A DNA stretch of 64,000 bases from positions 12,844,698 through 12,908,697 of the forward strand of contig OZ037765.1 in NCBI GenBank assembly GCA_964035545.1, read 5' to 3'. Positions 13,656-28,260 of the stretch are shown piece after piece. Source of the DNA: Bugula neritina. Its lineage: Eukaryota; Animalia; Bryozoa. Numbering within the stretch: the first letter of the stretch is position 1; the number at the start of each line of letters is the position of its first letter. The notes under the pieces are model-generated. The model ran no database searches and was not told the DNA's origin. It saw nothing but the letters and a program-made list of their open reading frames with translations. The translations under genes and the position numbers were made by a program.

Positions 13656-14853
13656 GGGGTAACGGGGTAACAACGGTCATAGGGGTACAAAAAGCTGGTC
13701 AAATTATGAGGGAACTGATTGACTGAGAGTTGTGACTTTTTTTAATAAAAAGGTAATGGTAATTATTCAGCCATTGTAGTTTCAACATTTGGGGAGAATA
13801 TATTATTTTGAAGAGGCGAGTCAAAAACTGGTTTTACCTACTTTATATAAATTCTTTAAGATGTCATAAAAGCTTTATAACTTTTTACACTCAAACGTAG
13901 CAAGCCTAGTTTTTACTGATATTGTTGCCATTGTTTGTCTCTACATTGCTTAACTATAGTATAACAGCAAATACTAAAATAAATTTTCCTTAAGCCACAA
14001 TTATTTTCAACTTGGCCACACAGGGCACAATAGGCCACCTGACCTCCGCACTCCAGCCACAGACTTCAGCCACCTTAGCTACAGTTCAAGAAAAAACTCC
14101 ACCCAGAATTTTGCAGCATATGTTACTAAAGTTTTGTCTGATGAAATTTCCTGTGAAGTGGAAATAAAAAAGCATTTTTAGTTCTAAACAGTAATGATAA
14201 TGGCACCATAGAATTGAGTGATGTGCGTTTAATTTTGCCTCACCTGCTATCTGGTTTTTTGTAAAATGCGTAAACGTAAAAGCGGAGAATTCTGCAGAAA
14301 CAGCGGAAAAGTACTCAACCGAGAAATTTTTTTAGCATTCGCCGCGTAATACTTTTGTGTATGCGCGAATCATAGGTTTTAGTTGAAAAATGACACAACT
14401 CTATTATTAAAATAATCTTGCAGTAAGAAAACCCTGGCAGCGTGTTAAGTACTTAGTCTATTTCAGCCCTCACAACCAACGTGGTGGTGGCACAAACTGT
14501 ACAGCTAAAACATGATTTTTGCTGTAGACCTGAAAGAATATTTTTATTCACTTGTGTATATTAAATAGATAAATATCAGATGCAACCAAATCAGCAAAGT
14601 TTCAATATATTTGTTGTGTCCCACCCAGTGGCCCATTGTACCCGGTACCTGGGCACAATGGGCCAGTTTTTTCGTCACGAAAATTTCGTTATTCTGAAGG
14701 TTATGAAAGAGATAGAAACAACAAACTGATACCTATAATAGACAACTGGTGTAGCATTTAGACTAGAGATTATTGAACTAGTAACTTGAAAAACAGACGA
14801 ATGGGAGCAAACATTTCAAAATTCAGCCCATTGTGCCCCCCTCCCCGTTACCC
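13656..14853. mobile_element. Probable non-autonomous DNA transposon (Tc1/mariner-pogo-like termini), degenerate
   Basis: Left end TA|GGGGTAACGGGG and right end CCCCGTTACCC form inverted termini. Internal GGGCACAAT(A/G)GGCC-like motifs recur in both orientations at ~14023, ~14629, ~14651 and ~14826. No transposase ORF; right TSD imperfect. Confidence 0.55.
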
Positions 14854-15244
14854 AAGTACTTGAATTGTTTGATCTCTTACAGTTATACAAACTAACATAA
14901 AATATCTTATTTCTCTCCCACCCACCCTTGGTCCTTACAAAGAATATCTATCTTTTAATAGAAGGGTAGCAGTTACCATTTATCTAATGTATTTAAAAGT
15001 AGATACATTTTTACAAATGGCATCTGCGAACTAAAGCAGACCTTTTGGATTACTGGAGTTGAGTTTCCAACTAATGGGTTAATAACTCAGTAGCTGACAA
15101 GGTCTTTCCCACTGAACTGAAAAATATTATTTACAGTTCAGTGGTCTGCACTGAATATACTGAATAACCTTGGGTCTTCGCGACAAAATTATCATCTCAA
15201 CAATAAAGAAAACAACTCTACAATTTGCTCACAAAAATTTCTTA

Positions 15245-15621
15245 AGGCCTGGCCACACACTCGTGAGAATCACACGAAATCGTCTATTTGACACGAAAAA
15301 ACAATCATACGAGAAAATTTGAAAGAATTTAAACAAAATCGTCTTTGTTGGGTGTACACAACGATGACGATAGACGAAAAATCACAATCGACGATAAGCA
15401 CCATTTTATTGGTCAATAGAATTTTAACAACAGTAATTATTTCATTTCTTCCGAGTTTCTCTATTTGGCAATTTCTGCTGTTTGTATCTTGTGCAAGACT
15501 CATTCGCGGACTATTTATTATGTGTTTCTTCTGACGAGTGTGTGGCTGGTCATAATGAGAAGATAACTCACAAAAATCGTCACACGATTTCGTGTGATTC
15601 TCACGAGCATGAGGCCAGGCC
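15245..15621. mobile_element. MITE, PIF/Harbinger-like
   Basis: Terminal inverted repeats of about 40 bp (AGGCCTGGCCACACACTCGTGAGAATCACACGAAATCGT ... ACGATTTCGTGTGATTCTCACGAGCATGAGGCCAGGCCT), flanked by TTA on both sides, the TWA TSD typical of Harbinger. Confidence 0.8.
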
Positions 15622-16329
15622 TTTACTTCTGCTACCGCCACTTAATGTATGGTGATGGGATGATTAGGCGATAAGACTTAATTAAATTAAATTATAACAC
15701 TTAAACTGTTCAACATAATATTTGAAAACTTTGGCTTTTCTAACAATATTTTCAACACCTCAACAATTCATACAATTTCTTGAAATATAATTGGTAATGT
15801 TGAATTTTGAATCTATATACATTGTTATATCCCTTATGTTTATGTGGTTTCTAAAATCTCATTTACTACATGCACACACCTTATAATAATAGCAAAGCAC
15901 AAACTCCACTCAATTAATGCATAATAACTATTGCAATTGGCAATGGTAACACTAAACCTATTTAATAAGTTTAACAATTAATTACTTCACCATCATTATC
16001 ATTGGCTGTCCTTGTGAACTACATCTCTCCATTGACCCATTACTTACTATACCTGGCAATATATAGTTATACAGATACAAGATCTTTCAGCCACAATTAA
16101 AATCAATTTGTATACATTCAGTAATAATACCATAATAACTTTGCAAGTTGTAACAAGTATTACCAAAAATTTAAACTATAGTAGCAGGCTGGAATCTAAA
16201 AGTAAAGCTCAGTAAATACTCAAATTTGGTTATATAAATAATATAAGATTAGAGTTAAAACCTAATGCAAGCGAAACCCTCAGGCTATAGCAAAACTGTT
16301 ATGCATAATTGTAAATGTAATCACATTTT

Positions 16330-16750
16330 ATGTTTTAAATAAATACGGGGTTATCTTCTTTATAAGAAAACCTTTCGGAAGTGTTGAATACACGCAAGCG
16401 CATCTGTTGGTTGATGCTGAGCGAAAATCTACAGGGTACAAAAGTTATGTCTTATTGGCTACACTTATGCATTCGTACCTATTATTGGATGAATAGTTCG
16501 GAGCCTCACTAATAATACCTAAACCTACATTTTCCGTGGTTAAACCCAAGGCCAATTTCAATTTGCTAAAGTATAAATTATAATAATAATAGTGTTCCAT
16601 CTGTTCCTAAGATTGGCTTTACTTAAAAATTAAAATTATTGACAAACTTATCAAAGTAATATTTAAATCAATGTTAATTGATTAATGCCTAAAGTGATAG
16701 CGCCTAAATAAAACTAAAATAAAAAATACAACCCCGAAACAGTAAAATTT
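16330..16750 (+). promoter_or_regulatory. Inferred core promoter / first non-coding exon region of the MARCH gene
   Basis: CpG-enriched patch with two ATTGG (reverse CCAAT) motifs, followed by a low-complexity zone. The MARCH ATG exon starts just after a splice acceptor, so an upstream exon is required. Position is inferred. Confidence 0.35.
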
Positions 16751-19700
16751 TAAGTAAAGTGTATTACTGTTACTATTACTATTACTATTAGTATTACTAT
16801 TAGTATTACCATTACTATTAGTATTACTATTAGTGTTACTATTAGTATACTTTATTACTTAATACTTAGTCTTACTCTTATAGTTATATTTATAGTATTG
16901 CTATTACTATTAGAGTATTAGTACTAGTAGTTATAGTCAATATACCCTTTGGCATGGCATTGTTGTTGTCAGACTCAGTGTGAGTGTGACTAAGTCAAAG
17001 TGTCAGTGTGACTAAGTCAAAGTGTCAGTGTGATTGTAACTGTAAGTATCACTATCAGACTTCTTAAGTGTAACAATCACAATGTCTGATTCAGTGTGAG
17101 TGTCACTGTCTGTGTGAGATTGAGTCTGACAGTAACACTGTATCTGGGTGTGCTCAGACTCACACTCACTCGGAGTGAGTTAGTCACAGTCGACAGTGTT
17201 ACTCATACTGTAACTGTCAAACTCAATGCTGTGTTTGTGGGAGACTCACAGTAGCTGTGAAGAGTGTGCCCACATCATCATCATGTAAGATATATAAGTA
17301 TATATTATGAATATGATGATACTGATAGCATTAACATATTATCAATATGACTATGAGTATGATGATAATAATATAATATGCCATAGGCATGGCATACCAC
17401 ATATGCCTATCACTATGGCCTAGCCCTGTTGCCTATGGCTACCGCTATGACAGTGGCAACAGGCAATACCTTACCATGGGCTATGGCTATGCTTCTAGTT
17501 CTAGTTAATTTAGTTATTAATATTACATTTACTATTAGTGTTGATATTCATATTAGTTAATTAGTTACTATTAGTATTCGCATTACTTTTAGTATTAGTA
17601 ATACCAATAGTAATAGTTTTAGTTTTACTAGTATAAAATAAAGTTATAGTAATACATTTTCACTTTACACTTACACTAACACTGTCCTACAGTAATTTTA
17701 ATAATATTAGTATTAGTGTATTACTATTAGTTGCCATTAGTATTGCACTATCAGTATTAGTTATTTATTTATTATAGTTATATTAATACTTTAACTTAAA
17801 CTTTAGCAGTTCAAGTTTATAATTATTAATTAGAGGCTATGTCATACGTATAGTTTGGTAAACTAAATCAGCAAATTGCCAAATAGTGAATGTAATAGTA
17901 AATCACTGAGTCAGAAATTTATGTAATATTAATAATAATAGGCTAACAGTTATATTGATACTTATACTTAAAGTAACACTAATAGTAGTTTACTAATTGA
18001 TTAGATAGCCATAGCCACTCATAGGCTAAAACTACAGTAATAGTCATAGTATAACTATAAGTACAAGTAAAACTATTACTAAGTCTAAGGTATGATTATT
18101 GCTTTACTCTTGGTATTACTAACAACAAGTATAACACTATGGAAAAACTATAAGTATAATATTGACTATAACTATTACATAAGTATGACACTTACTATTG
18201 GCATGACTATTAGATTTAGTATATCGTAAGTAGTGAAATATAAAGATAATGTCTACTCAGTCAGTACTCACAGAGTTACTAGGAATGTGACTGTCACACT
18301 GACAGTGTAACTCAGTTATATTTTCTTAGTTTTGTAATTTTGTCTTACTCATTTTCAGCAAATCAATTGTGACAAAACTTTATTAAAGAACTCATGCTAT
18401 CTCAATGTCTTCACTACTGTACCTAAGTGTTCAACTGTGGTTGATAGCTTGTTCACATTTAGCAATTGTTTTTATAAAGTAGAGATTGTAACTGATAAAT
18501 AATCTATTTACTATACTATGTACATCAAGAATGCATATATAATGAAGAAATGCATTTTGGAATCGTATTATGCACAGGAGCTGCTATTGACTGTAGTGAT
18601 TCATTGCAAATAATCAGTTTACTTTTTTAAATTAAAATAGGTGACAATTCATAGTCAATTAACTGGTATCTAGACCATTTTGTAAAAAACAACTTGACTC
18701 ATCGACATATTTTTTCACTTTTCGCTTAAACATTCCAATATTCCTTCGGTCTTTCTTTTAATTTTGCTGTTGTGTCTTTTTGTTATTAACCTCTTTGTTA
18801 TTGCAATCACGTGAAACAGTTTTGCCCTACTTCCTGGGAGACACTAATTGCAGCTAGACTCACTCTTACTAGTTGAGCTAATTATGCATGAGCAAATCAG
18901 AATTTTTTTTTAATGAAAAGATCATGGATTTTTAGTTACAAATACTCATAAAGCATATTAACTGGAATCTCAGATAAGCAGCATTTGTAATTTTACTTGA
19001 TTTAGTATGTACTGACTTTCTTTTGCTTATTAAATACAGTAGTACCTAATATATATGCCCAAATAAATCAATTAATTAAGTTTTAAAATTCTGCTTAATT
19101 ATCGCCATTTTGTTACCTTTTAAATTAAAAAAGCATTGGTGGTGATTGCATTAGTTTAGCATCACTTTTAACTATGATTAGTATTTAATTATTAAAAGTT
19201 CACTCCTATTCATACTTTTATTATGTTTATCCTCAAATAGTAAAGCTTGTAATAATTTAAGTGGGGTACAAACTACACAATGTCTTAATCTGCAATTATA
19301 ATATAAATCTAATAGCTTTTAAGTTTAGTTTATCGCTATTCTAAGGAAACCACAGCACTAAGACGAAAGGGTGCAAGAGTCAGACTATTTTTATTCTCAA
19401 ATTGTGTTTTTGTTTTTACTGGGTTATGTTGTTTTTAACATTTGAAATTATAAACTTAATGAATTGATAATGAATGACTTTCCAAAACACTGCCATGGAT
19501 GTCTGTTAGCATAACTGAGTAAAATTTTTAAGTTGCAGGGTTTTAATTGCTCTGAAAAGCTCAACTTGTCATGACGTAGTAACTTATTACAAACTCTATC
19601 ACAAATTACTGCACAATTCAGATATTAATGAAAAAAGATCGGTTATATGCTAATTAATCCAATGTGTTGCCTGTAAGTGTGGATTCACTGAGTATTTGAT

Positions 19701-20633
19701 CTACCATAGTTATAATTTTATTTCACAGAAGTTTGTTAATCTCCAATAGTATTTTGATAGTAGGAATAAATTTGGACAGATTGTATTGGTTAAATTGGAT
19801 TATAGCATGTGCTTTGCTGAATTATCTGATTAAATCTGACTAAATGTACTAGTAATTTTGACTATTTGTTGCTGTGAAAAAATATAGAACTCTACTCATA
19901 TAGTTGGGCATTCTCTAGCCAGCTGCTAGCTTGCAGTGAGAACAGCTAGTAAAGGTGCAATGTGAAGGGGGTGAGACCTACTGCCATTTCATTTTATAGT
20001 TGCTTGGTTTGAAAAAAATGAAATTACAAAAAAAATAATAAAATAAACATTTCATCATCATTGTACTTGAAACTTTATTATTATTTTAGGGTAGTTGTTT
20101 TATAGAATTTTGTGTTCCTCTTCTAACTTTCACATTATAAAATTTCTTCAAATATACCACAAATTACTGTTTCCATCCCAAACATTCGAACCTGGGAAAG
20201 TTTATGATTTAGTAATTGATATTATTGTTTATGATATTTCAAAAACTACTCTACAGCTGTATCAAACGTGTTGTGTGCCTTGTACCAAATTATAGTACCC
20301 AAGCCAGCTAAAAAAATTAATTGGCCTAATCAATATATTGGTATTGCAACATGCATTAAGTAAAGGTGCATTGCATTTTTACTTGTAAACACTAATACAT
20401 GCTCATTTTCCTCTGAATTTTTTTCTCTCGTAATATTGAAGTGATTACTGCCAATGGTTTTTACTAAGATACTTTGATAGCTTCCCTTGAATGCTTCATT
20501 GAGACTGACCGAGTCATAAATCACTACTGATTACTCTCCAGTGTCTGAGTAGACATTCTGAACTGTTATGTAATAGCAGTTGTGTTGTATTATGCTCGTA
20601 TAAATGAAGAGAATTGATTTCAGATAGCCACAC

Positions 20634-23555
20634 ATGCCAGTGATGAGTTCAGACATAAGTAGCCTTTCCAATGTTGATGCAAGCTCCACGGAAACTTTGC
20701 CGTTATTAGACTACACCAGTACAGTAGACAGAGCGCTTCAAGCCGGTACTGCCAGCATGCCTCCTGCTCAGACACAAACTTTTGAATTGACTTCCTCTCA
20801 GAGGGTTGACCCTGTAGAAGGAACACGTGATCAGGTGAGCTGTTGAAATACTCCTAAATTTCTAGAATTGGCTGCATATTAACCTCAACTTTTTCAATTA
20901 ATAGACTGGTTCATTGTATTTTATGTAATAATAATCTACTAAAAATTGCTATAATCTCATTGCATTGACTTCAACTAGACTGTGGTATTAATAAAGTATA
21001 CTCGGAATTGTAAGTTTAAGGCTGGTAAAATAAAAATTTGGTGCGGCTAAAGAGCTTACAAAAGGGTCATTAAATGCAATTTTATATCAATCCGTCTTTT
21101 GCTTACTGACTTATGTTTTATCGTGGTTGTCCGTACCATTCAAAAGATGGTACAAATGTTCATGTAATACAATGTAAGGTGGCACATAAGTAGTATTTCT
21201 TAGTATTCAATCATAATTTTACTCTTCTAACACAGTAATAAAAGTTTATGGCCTCACTATAAGATGTTATTATACAGGAAGTGCTCTGCATACCATTAAG
21301 TATGAAGATTGATAGGTATAAGGTATTGTAATTAACTATGTTGGAGTCAGTTGTTATTATTATGTAATAAAGTTGGTTATGGATGCTAATAGGTTCTGAC
21401 AGAGGTGGAGACCACTAGTCCATATCTCTCTTCAGCACCCATGACCCCTTCCCCAGACAGCTCACCGGAATGTTCTCCAGACATAAAGACATCTCACCAA
21501 GAAGACATCGAGCATCTCGAAGATACAGTGAACTTTGACAGTCAGAAAGACAAACTTGAAGATGAGCAACTATCAGTGTCTGCAGCTTCATTCAGTCAAG
21601 ATGGTATCCCCCTCTTCAGAATAATTACATTGCGGCAGCTTTTCACTTAACTTGTAGCTGCTTTATCTTTTAATGGTTTGTTGATATCATTATTTGGTTA
21701 CTGAAATATCTAATATGTGATCTTCTGCTTACTGTAGGAGATATATGCAGAATATGCCACTGCTGTGCTGGAGAAGAAGCTGGCTCACTTATTAGTCCTT
21801 GTGATTGCTCTGGCAGCATGAAATGGGTTCACCAAAAGTGTCTACAAAAATGGGTGAAATCAAGAGATGCCAGGAAATGTGAACTTTGTGGGTTTTCATT
21901 TAATATGACTTCAAGTGTAAAGCCTTTCCGAAAGGTAAATGTGGTAAATTTTATGTCTATCTGGGGCTTTAGCTAATCTCGTTGTGGGATTAAAAAAGTA
22001 TGATAATTTGTTAGAAATTCTTTTTAGAAATACCTTTCTCTGCAAATACTAATAAACCAGTTTACTTGTACACTCTTCCTAACCAAGTTTGATTATCACA
22101 TCGTTTCCATTTTTGGGTTATGTAAATGGATTTTTCACTAGATGCATTGGGACGTAGTGCAAGAAAGATTTAGTCACAATACTTTTTATGTTATTTGAAT
22201 CCTTTTTAATAGCACCATATAAGCAACCACTTGAAGCTAATCTTTCCCGGTCTTCAGTACCAGTAAATTAGTCTTTACAACTCATTACAATAATTCGCCA
22301 GTGTGAACCTATCTCATGTCATGGTTAATTTTGCAGTGGAGTAAGCTAAACATGTCTTCAGTGGAGCAAAGAAGAGTGCTCTGCTCTGTGACATTTCACG
22401 TGGTAGCTATCACTTGCGTTATATGGTCGCTTTACGTGCTCATTGATCGAACAGCAGTGGAAATAAAATCTGGTAAGCTAGACTTGTATTATGTTATCAG
22501 TTCAGTGATCTCTTTGTTTTACCCAACTATTTAGTATAAGATATCTGCCACTGCCATCTGTTAGCAAGTGCACCGTAATATAGACAACTTTTAAGGCCGA
22601 GAAATTCAATTTTTTTTTAAATTTAGCAATCTGCGAGAGCATGTTACTATTAAGAAAGGCTTTGCCATCAATGCTTAACTAAGAAGTTTTAATTATTTAA
22701 ATTTCAAAATTAGTGGAGCCTATTGGCCATTTTGTTTTAACAATAGAGAATGTTCTCTACAGGCTGTTTCAGCGGCTCCTAATCTATTTTAAGTTCTATA
22801 TTATATCTTTACCTGGTAGGCTATGAAGTATCTGAATACTCTTAATTATATGGATTAGTCTTTGTTCCATTTAAATGGTGCAAAGTTTGTGCTAGCCAAA
22901 CTGGCTAAGAGTATAAACTTGTATTGTAGGATAGCATTTACCCATTGACAGCTGTAGATTATTTTTTAAATTATCCTATTTCATTGGTTTAATAGTGGAA
23001 TTAGTTGGTGTACATACTCTGTAGTTTGGTATAGTGTATTGCAAGCTTACCTCTTCTCATTGGACAAAAGCATTAAGATATGAAACGTGATCTGCCACGC
23101 TATATAATATTGTGCTGTGTAATCAGCTTCCATGCATGCTATTATATCTTGTGCTATATTATGATATTGAAATCAATATGCTTTAAAAGCACATGAGTAT
23201 CTATTAGATATGACAACCAATCATTGACATCATTTTACGACTCAAGTAGAACTTTCTTGGGATATTGTATACATGTTAATTATTTTAATTACAATAATAT
23301 TCAGGTGATCTCAATTGGCCTTTCTGGACAAAGTTGGTAGTGGTTGCCATAGGTTTCACTGGCGGACTGGTGTTTATGTACGTGCAATGTAAGACATACG
23401 TGAAGTTGTTCAGAAGATGGAAACAGTTCAATCGTATTATATATATAAACAATGTGGAAGTTGAGAATGCTCCTGACAATGACCTTGATGTTGAAGCAGC
23501 CCCTGCTGCTAATACAGTTGTGCTAAAAGATGTTGCAGCAGGTGCTGGTGTATAA
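20634..23555 (+). CDS. MARCHF8: E3 ubiquitin ligase MARCH1/MARCH8-like (RING-CH plus two TM helices)
   Basis: Exons ~20634-20834, 21393-21603, 21738-21934 (C4HC3 RING-CH: CRICHC...[19 protein letters not shown]...CELC), 22337-22472 ([24 protein letters not shown]) and 23304-23555 ([26 protein letters not shown]). These motifs match the MARCH1/8 family; the two paralogs cannot be distinguished. Confidence 0.9.
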
Positions 23556-26500
23556 GATGAATTTATTATGGCAATTATTGCAATTTTCAGATTTTTATTA
23601 TTTCTTCTAATGTTGTCATACTGGTGAGTTGTTCACTTGTTGTAAAATTTATAAGTTTTGAAAAGCTGTTTGAGAAATGTATACTCTAACCCTTATCTTA
23701 GTTGTTACTGTAGTTACTTATCATTATTTGTATGTTCTTTTCCCTTGTATTTAGTTATATGGAATGTTTTGTCCGAATTCCCAACACCTGGTTTCGAAAA
23801 TTGATAGTTCAAAACTCTTTAATACCCCTAAGTAGCTGATTATTAAACAGTCTCGACCTTGCTACGTAGAGTGTGCAATGCAATGATGTAGGAGCTCAAA
23901 TGTAAGGTTGCTGAAAGTTGTAAACATGTAGGCTTTCCTTTTGGATGTTAGAAACATTATTAAGCTATGGAATTATTGCCATTGATACAATTGATAGAAT
24001 TATGCTCGACAGTAATTGTTTCCATACCAGTAAAATAAATGTTCCAGACAAGTTGTAAAGGTGCAGGACATCTTTGGCTGTCAATTTGTGTTGTGACTCA
24101 TTTCAACAGTATAATGCTGTAAGAATAAACTATTTTTCATCCCTATATTTTGTAATAGAATATTTTATAATAATAGAGTAGTCTAAAGACTTCTAAGTGG
24201 TCATGATACTTAAGTTCTCCAAATAAATATCGTCTTGGTTTGCTGATGGCAACAGCATATTGGCAAACAATTTTGTGCATAAATGTTTGATTAATTTGGG
24301 TCTATATGTTCAATTTTTGTTCATAGTACATATTTTATGTCATATTTACAGATTTAGTTTTCTGTTTGTTCAGTAACTAACTTTTGTTGAGTCATCAACA
24401 TAAGGTAGCTTTTTCAGCATTTTTAACTGATATTGTTCCTATATTGCCTTACCATATAGGTTCTAATTCTATTAATTAAATGATGCTGATTTGCATATAG
24501 TTGCTGCTTCTTTTTGTATAATTTTGTACAAGAAAAATTACTTTGTATTTATTTAGAATCTCAAAATACAATATTTGTGCTTCAAAAGATGTCTTGTGCA
24601 TAGTGGTATTCACTCTGAGCTGCCTCATATTTGCACTTTGAGAAAACTAATAATTTTATAAACTGTAATTACCAAAAACTAAGGTTGGTGTGTATTATAG
24701 CACCGAAAGCAGCCATTTTGTCTTATGGAGCTTGCTGAAATCAAAAATTTGTTTTGCTCAGTGAATGAACTTAATAATTTTGATTGTACTGTTGTAACTC
24801 TATAAAGTTATGCTCGCATCAGGATCTGAAGATGCTCAATTTAGATATTAAAGCAGTCACTTGCTAGCAAGCACTAAGATAAATGCATTTGGAAAATTAC
24901 GACTATCTACTTTGAAGTATACCAATGCACTGTACAAGTCTAAGATCAGTACCTTCAGGCTACAGCTATCCGATTGAACTTTTTATTCTACCAATTTAAC
25001 TGAAGTTGATCTTATAAGAATTTATCAAAGTATAATAATAATTTTGTATGCCAGCAGTTGAACATTAGTCAGCTGCAACTAGTAGTTCCATCACTGCTAC
25101 TCATATTATACCACCATATTTACTTATAGTACTACTGTCATAAAATTTTTCCTTGTGGTTTATAGGAAAGCTTAGGCTCCGGTGCCTACCTCCATCTCTG
25201 ATTCATACGCCACATGCCTCTTTCGGGTAATCAACGTATCATAGCTACTTTGATTCGCTGAAGCTTTTCGAACTAGCACGTGTCTAGCGCGGAGCAAGAT
25301 TTACAAAGGGTTAAAGTTCACAATAGATCACACTGATGATTAGCCACGGGACGGCCGTAGTTAGTTGCTTCGCTAGTAACACGTAAAAGTTAAAATTAAT
25401 AATAATATTAATTATAATATTATAGCCTAGATGAACTCTGCAATTAATGTAGAGAACCAGAATGACCCATTATTAAATTAACTGCTTATATTTTGAAACC
25501 TATACTGGCTACTGTACTTGTTATAGTTATTGATTAATTTAAGTTATTGATTATTCGTGTTCACTAGGTCTAGTGACTATTACTATTAGTATTACTATTA
25601 GTATTAGTGAGTATTACTATTAGTATTACTATTACTATTAGTGTTAGTATTAGTATTACTATTAGTATTACTATTACTATTACACTACTATTAGTATTAC
25701 ATTTACTATTACTATTGGTATTAGTATTTCAATTTGTATTTCACGCACACTATGACTAAAATAAAAATGTAAAATTAAGATATAAACTGTGAAGTAGTGA
25801 AACTAAAAACTATAAAACTATCGAGCCGTAAAAGTGACACTACTTTCAGTTTTATTTTTGCTTCTCATTTTCGCAATATTTTGCTGCATAAGAAAAATTA
25901 AAGATGGGGAAAAGAAAGTCAATCACTCGATAGTCATGGGAAAATTAAAACTTATTACTTGAGAGTATAACTATATTATACTTGCACGTAATCACAATGA
26001 GTGATACTGATAATAATAACCTAAATCATTAATCATGGTTATCACTGTCAGTATCACTCCTCATCATTATAATCATAATGATGATAGTTATCAATAGTTA
26101 TATTGTTGCAGTTTTGTGCACTACTAAGTGGGGTGTTATTGTATACACGAGTTATTACTGCATATCTAACTATGAGGTTATGTGAAGAACCGAAATAGTT
26201 AACGTTTATAAAGAACTGTATTGGAAGTCTAATTATATACGATCAGTCATCAACATTAGCAAAAGAATACATTATAGAAAACAATTACACCAAATTATCT
26301 CAATATATATGACAGTTGTTCTCGAACTGGGGCTGGGCGCCAAAAGGCACTGTTTATATCCAAGAGGTTGGTCCTAATTGGCCAGTGTAGGGTTTCGGCA
26401 GTATTACCGCAAGGAGCGACGCGATGCCGCATGGGGTTGCGGCATCGCTAAAGGAGTTGTAGTCTCTTGGAACTTTTATGCCCCATGATACAATACAAGT

Positions 26501-26589
26501 ACTTAAGTAAGGGGTACTGGGGGGGGGGGTATACTTCCCACAGCCACTACAATATTAACATTTATATTGATCTCATATATTATTTGCTA

Positions 26590-28260
26590 TATAAAGTTTG
26601 TAAGCCCTTGGAAAAGGGGAATAGCAAACCCTTTTCAAACATGTTGGGTACAAAGAAAATCAATAAGACCCTTTAGAGTTTAGAAACCATGAGACTTATA
26701 GATGGCGTTCTAACCACTGAAAGTAAGATAATTGCCAACAAACTAAATATATATTTTCACTCGCAGTTCTGCCACCAAGAAATTATATAAAAACTCCCAC
26801 TTCTTTGAATCCAAGCAGAACCATTTCACATCGCACTGGATGGTATTGAAAACTTATTGTGGACCTCAAGAAAATAAACTACCAGACCAGATCCGCAAGT
26901 GCCAACTACTAATAGACCCTAATGTCAATGCAGAATGTCTTCAGCATGTTTTCACTGCTTCATTAAAACCAGTTGTGCTTCCACTTTCCAAGTGCATGGA
27001 AAACTGCCAACGTCACTCCTATAGGCAAAAAAAGTGAAAAAGAGAAGCCATGCAACTATCAACCTACATCATTGACAAGTATCCCCTGCAAAATGCTAGA
27101 ACATATTATATTACACTATCTAAATAAAACACTAAATTTAATTTTGTTTAAAAGATAACATGACTTTAGAAGTGGTCTCTCATGTGACACCACTTAGTTG
27201 TGTGCAACTTTTCATGATCTTGCAAGAGCAGCTGACAACTCATCAACTACCCATGCAGTAGTCCTAAATTTCAAAAAGGCCTTTGGTAAAGTTCCTCATT
27301 TACTACTCATGGAGAAATCATAAATTAAAAGAATTGACCCATTTATTGCCAATTGGATACAGGGCATTTTGACTGACAGAAGTCAAAAAGCGGTGATCAA
27401 AGAGACAGAATCATCTGAACTAGGTGTAACATCTGGACTCCCTCGAAGGTCAGTATTTGGGCCAACACTTTCCCTAATCTACATCAATGATCTCCCTCAA
27501 TCTGTTTTATGCAAAGTTTGTCTATATGCTGACGACAAACTTTTATATGCTGAAGTTAACAACGAAATACAACAGCAAGCCTTTCAGAGAGACCTAGACT
27601 CACTTTATAGCTGGTCACTTAAATAGAAAATGCCATTTGATACCGATAAGTGGAGAGTGATTATATTTGGTAAAACTAATGACACCTCCCATCTATATGC
27701 GCTTAGCGACACCACTCTCAAAACAGTTAAAGAGGCCAAATATCTTAGCGTAATCATGTTGTCTGATTTGAAGTTTGACAGAAATATTACAACTAAAGTC
27801 AACAGTGCGAGGAAAATACATGACTGTATCAAGCATATTATCTACAATGCACCCATGAGGGCAAAATTAATTGCATACACAAGTCTATGTAGACCAATCC
27901 TTGAGTATGCAGACACGTTGTTGGATCCAACTAACAAAAGCGCTTGTGAAGAAACTGAACATGTTCAAAATCTAGCCATCACGTTAATTACTAACCTCAA
28001 AGGAAGATGTGGTATCATTGACTCTCGCATTAAATTGCAGCTTAAAACTCTTGCGAGCTGACGAAGAGACCACAGATTAACTTTGTTGAAAATACTCACG
28101 GGTGAAGAGCGCCACAAAACGGTTTCATCCGCTTATCTAAACTCAAACCGGTTGATAAACACTTGATCCAATAAGAGAGGAGAACCAACATCTATTTCTG
28201 CATCTTCACTGACCTTTCAAAATGGTTTACTCCATCGAAGCATTAGAGATTTGAAGATAC
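26590..28260 (+). pseudogene. Decayed, 5'-truncated LINE reverse transcriptase fragment
   Basis: Motifs WKTANVTPIGKK...CNYQPTSLTSIPCKMLEHI, KKAFGKVPH, GVTSGLPRRSVFGPTL..IYINDLP, LYADD and RPILEYA, spread over several frames with stops. Same broad group as the 11.7-12.8 kb fragment. Confidence 0.88.

Noticed and set aside
15270-15641. 123-aa and 71-aa ORFs
   Set aside because: Lie within a non-autonomous MITE and show no transposase motifs.
21604-21737. U12-type intron in the MARCH gene (donor GTATCCCC)
   Set aside because: Deviates from GTATCCTT at +7/+8 and has no convincing TCCTTAAC branch site near the acceptor.
26313-26530. hAT-like element end (CAGTTGTTCTCGAACTGGGG)
   Set aside because: Only one terminus resembles a hAT TIR; no matching end or TSD found.
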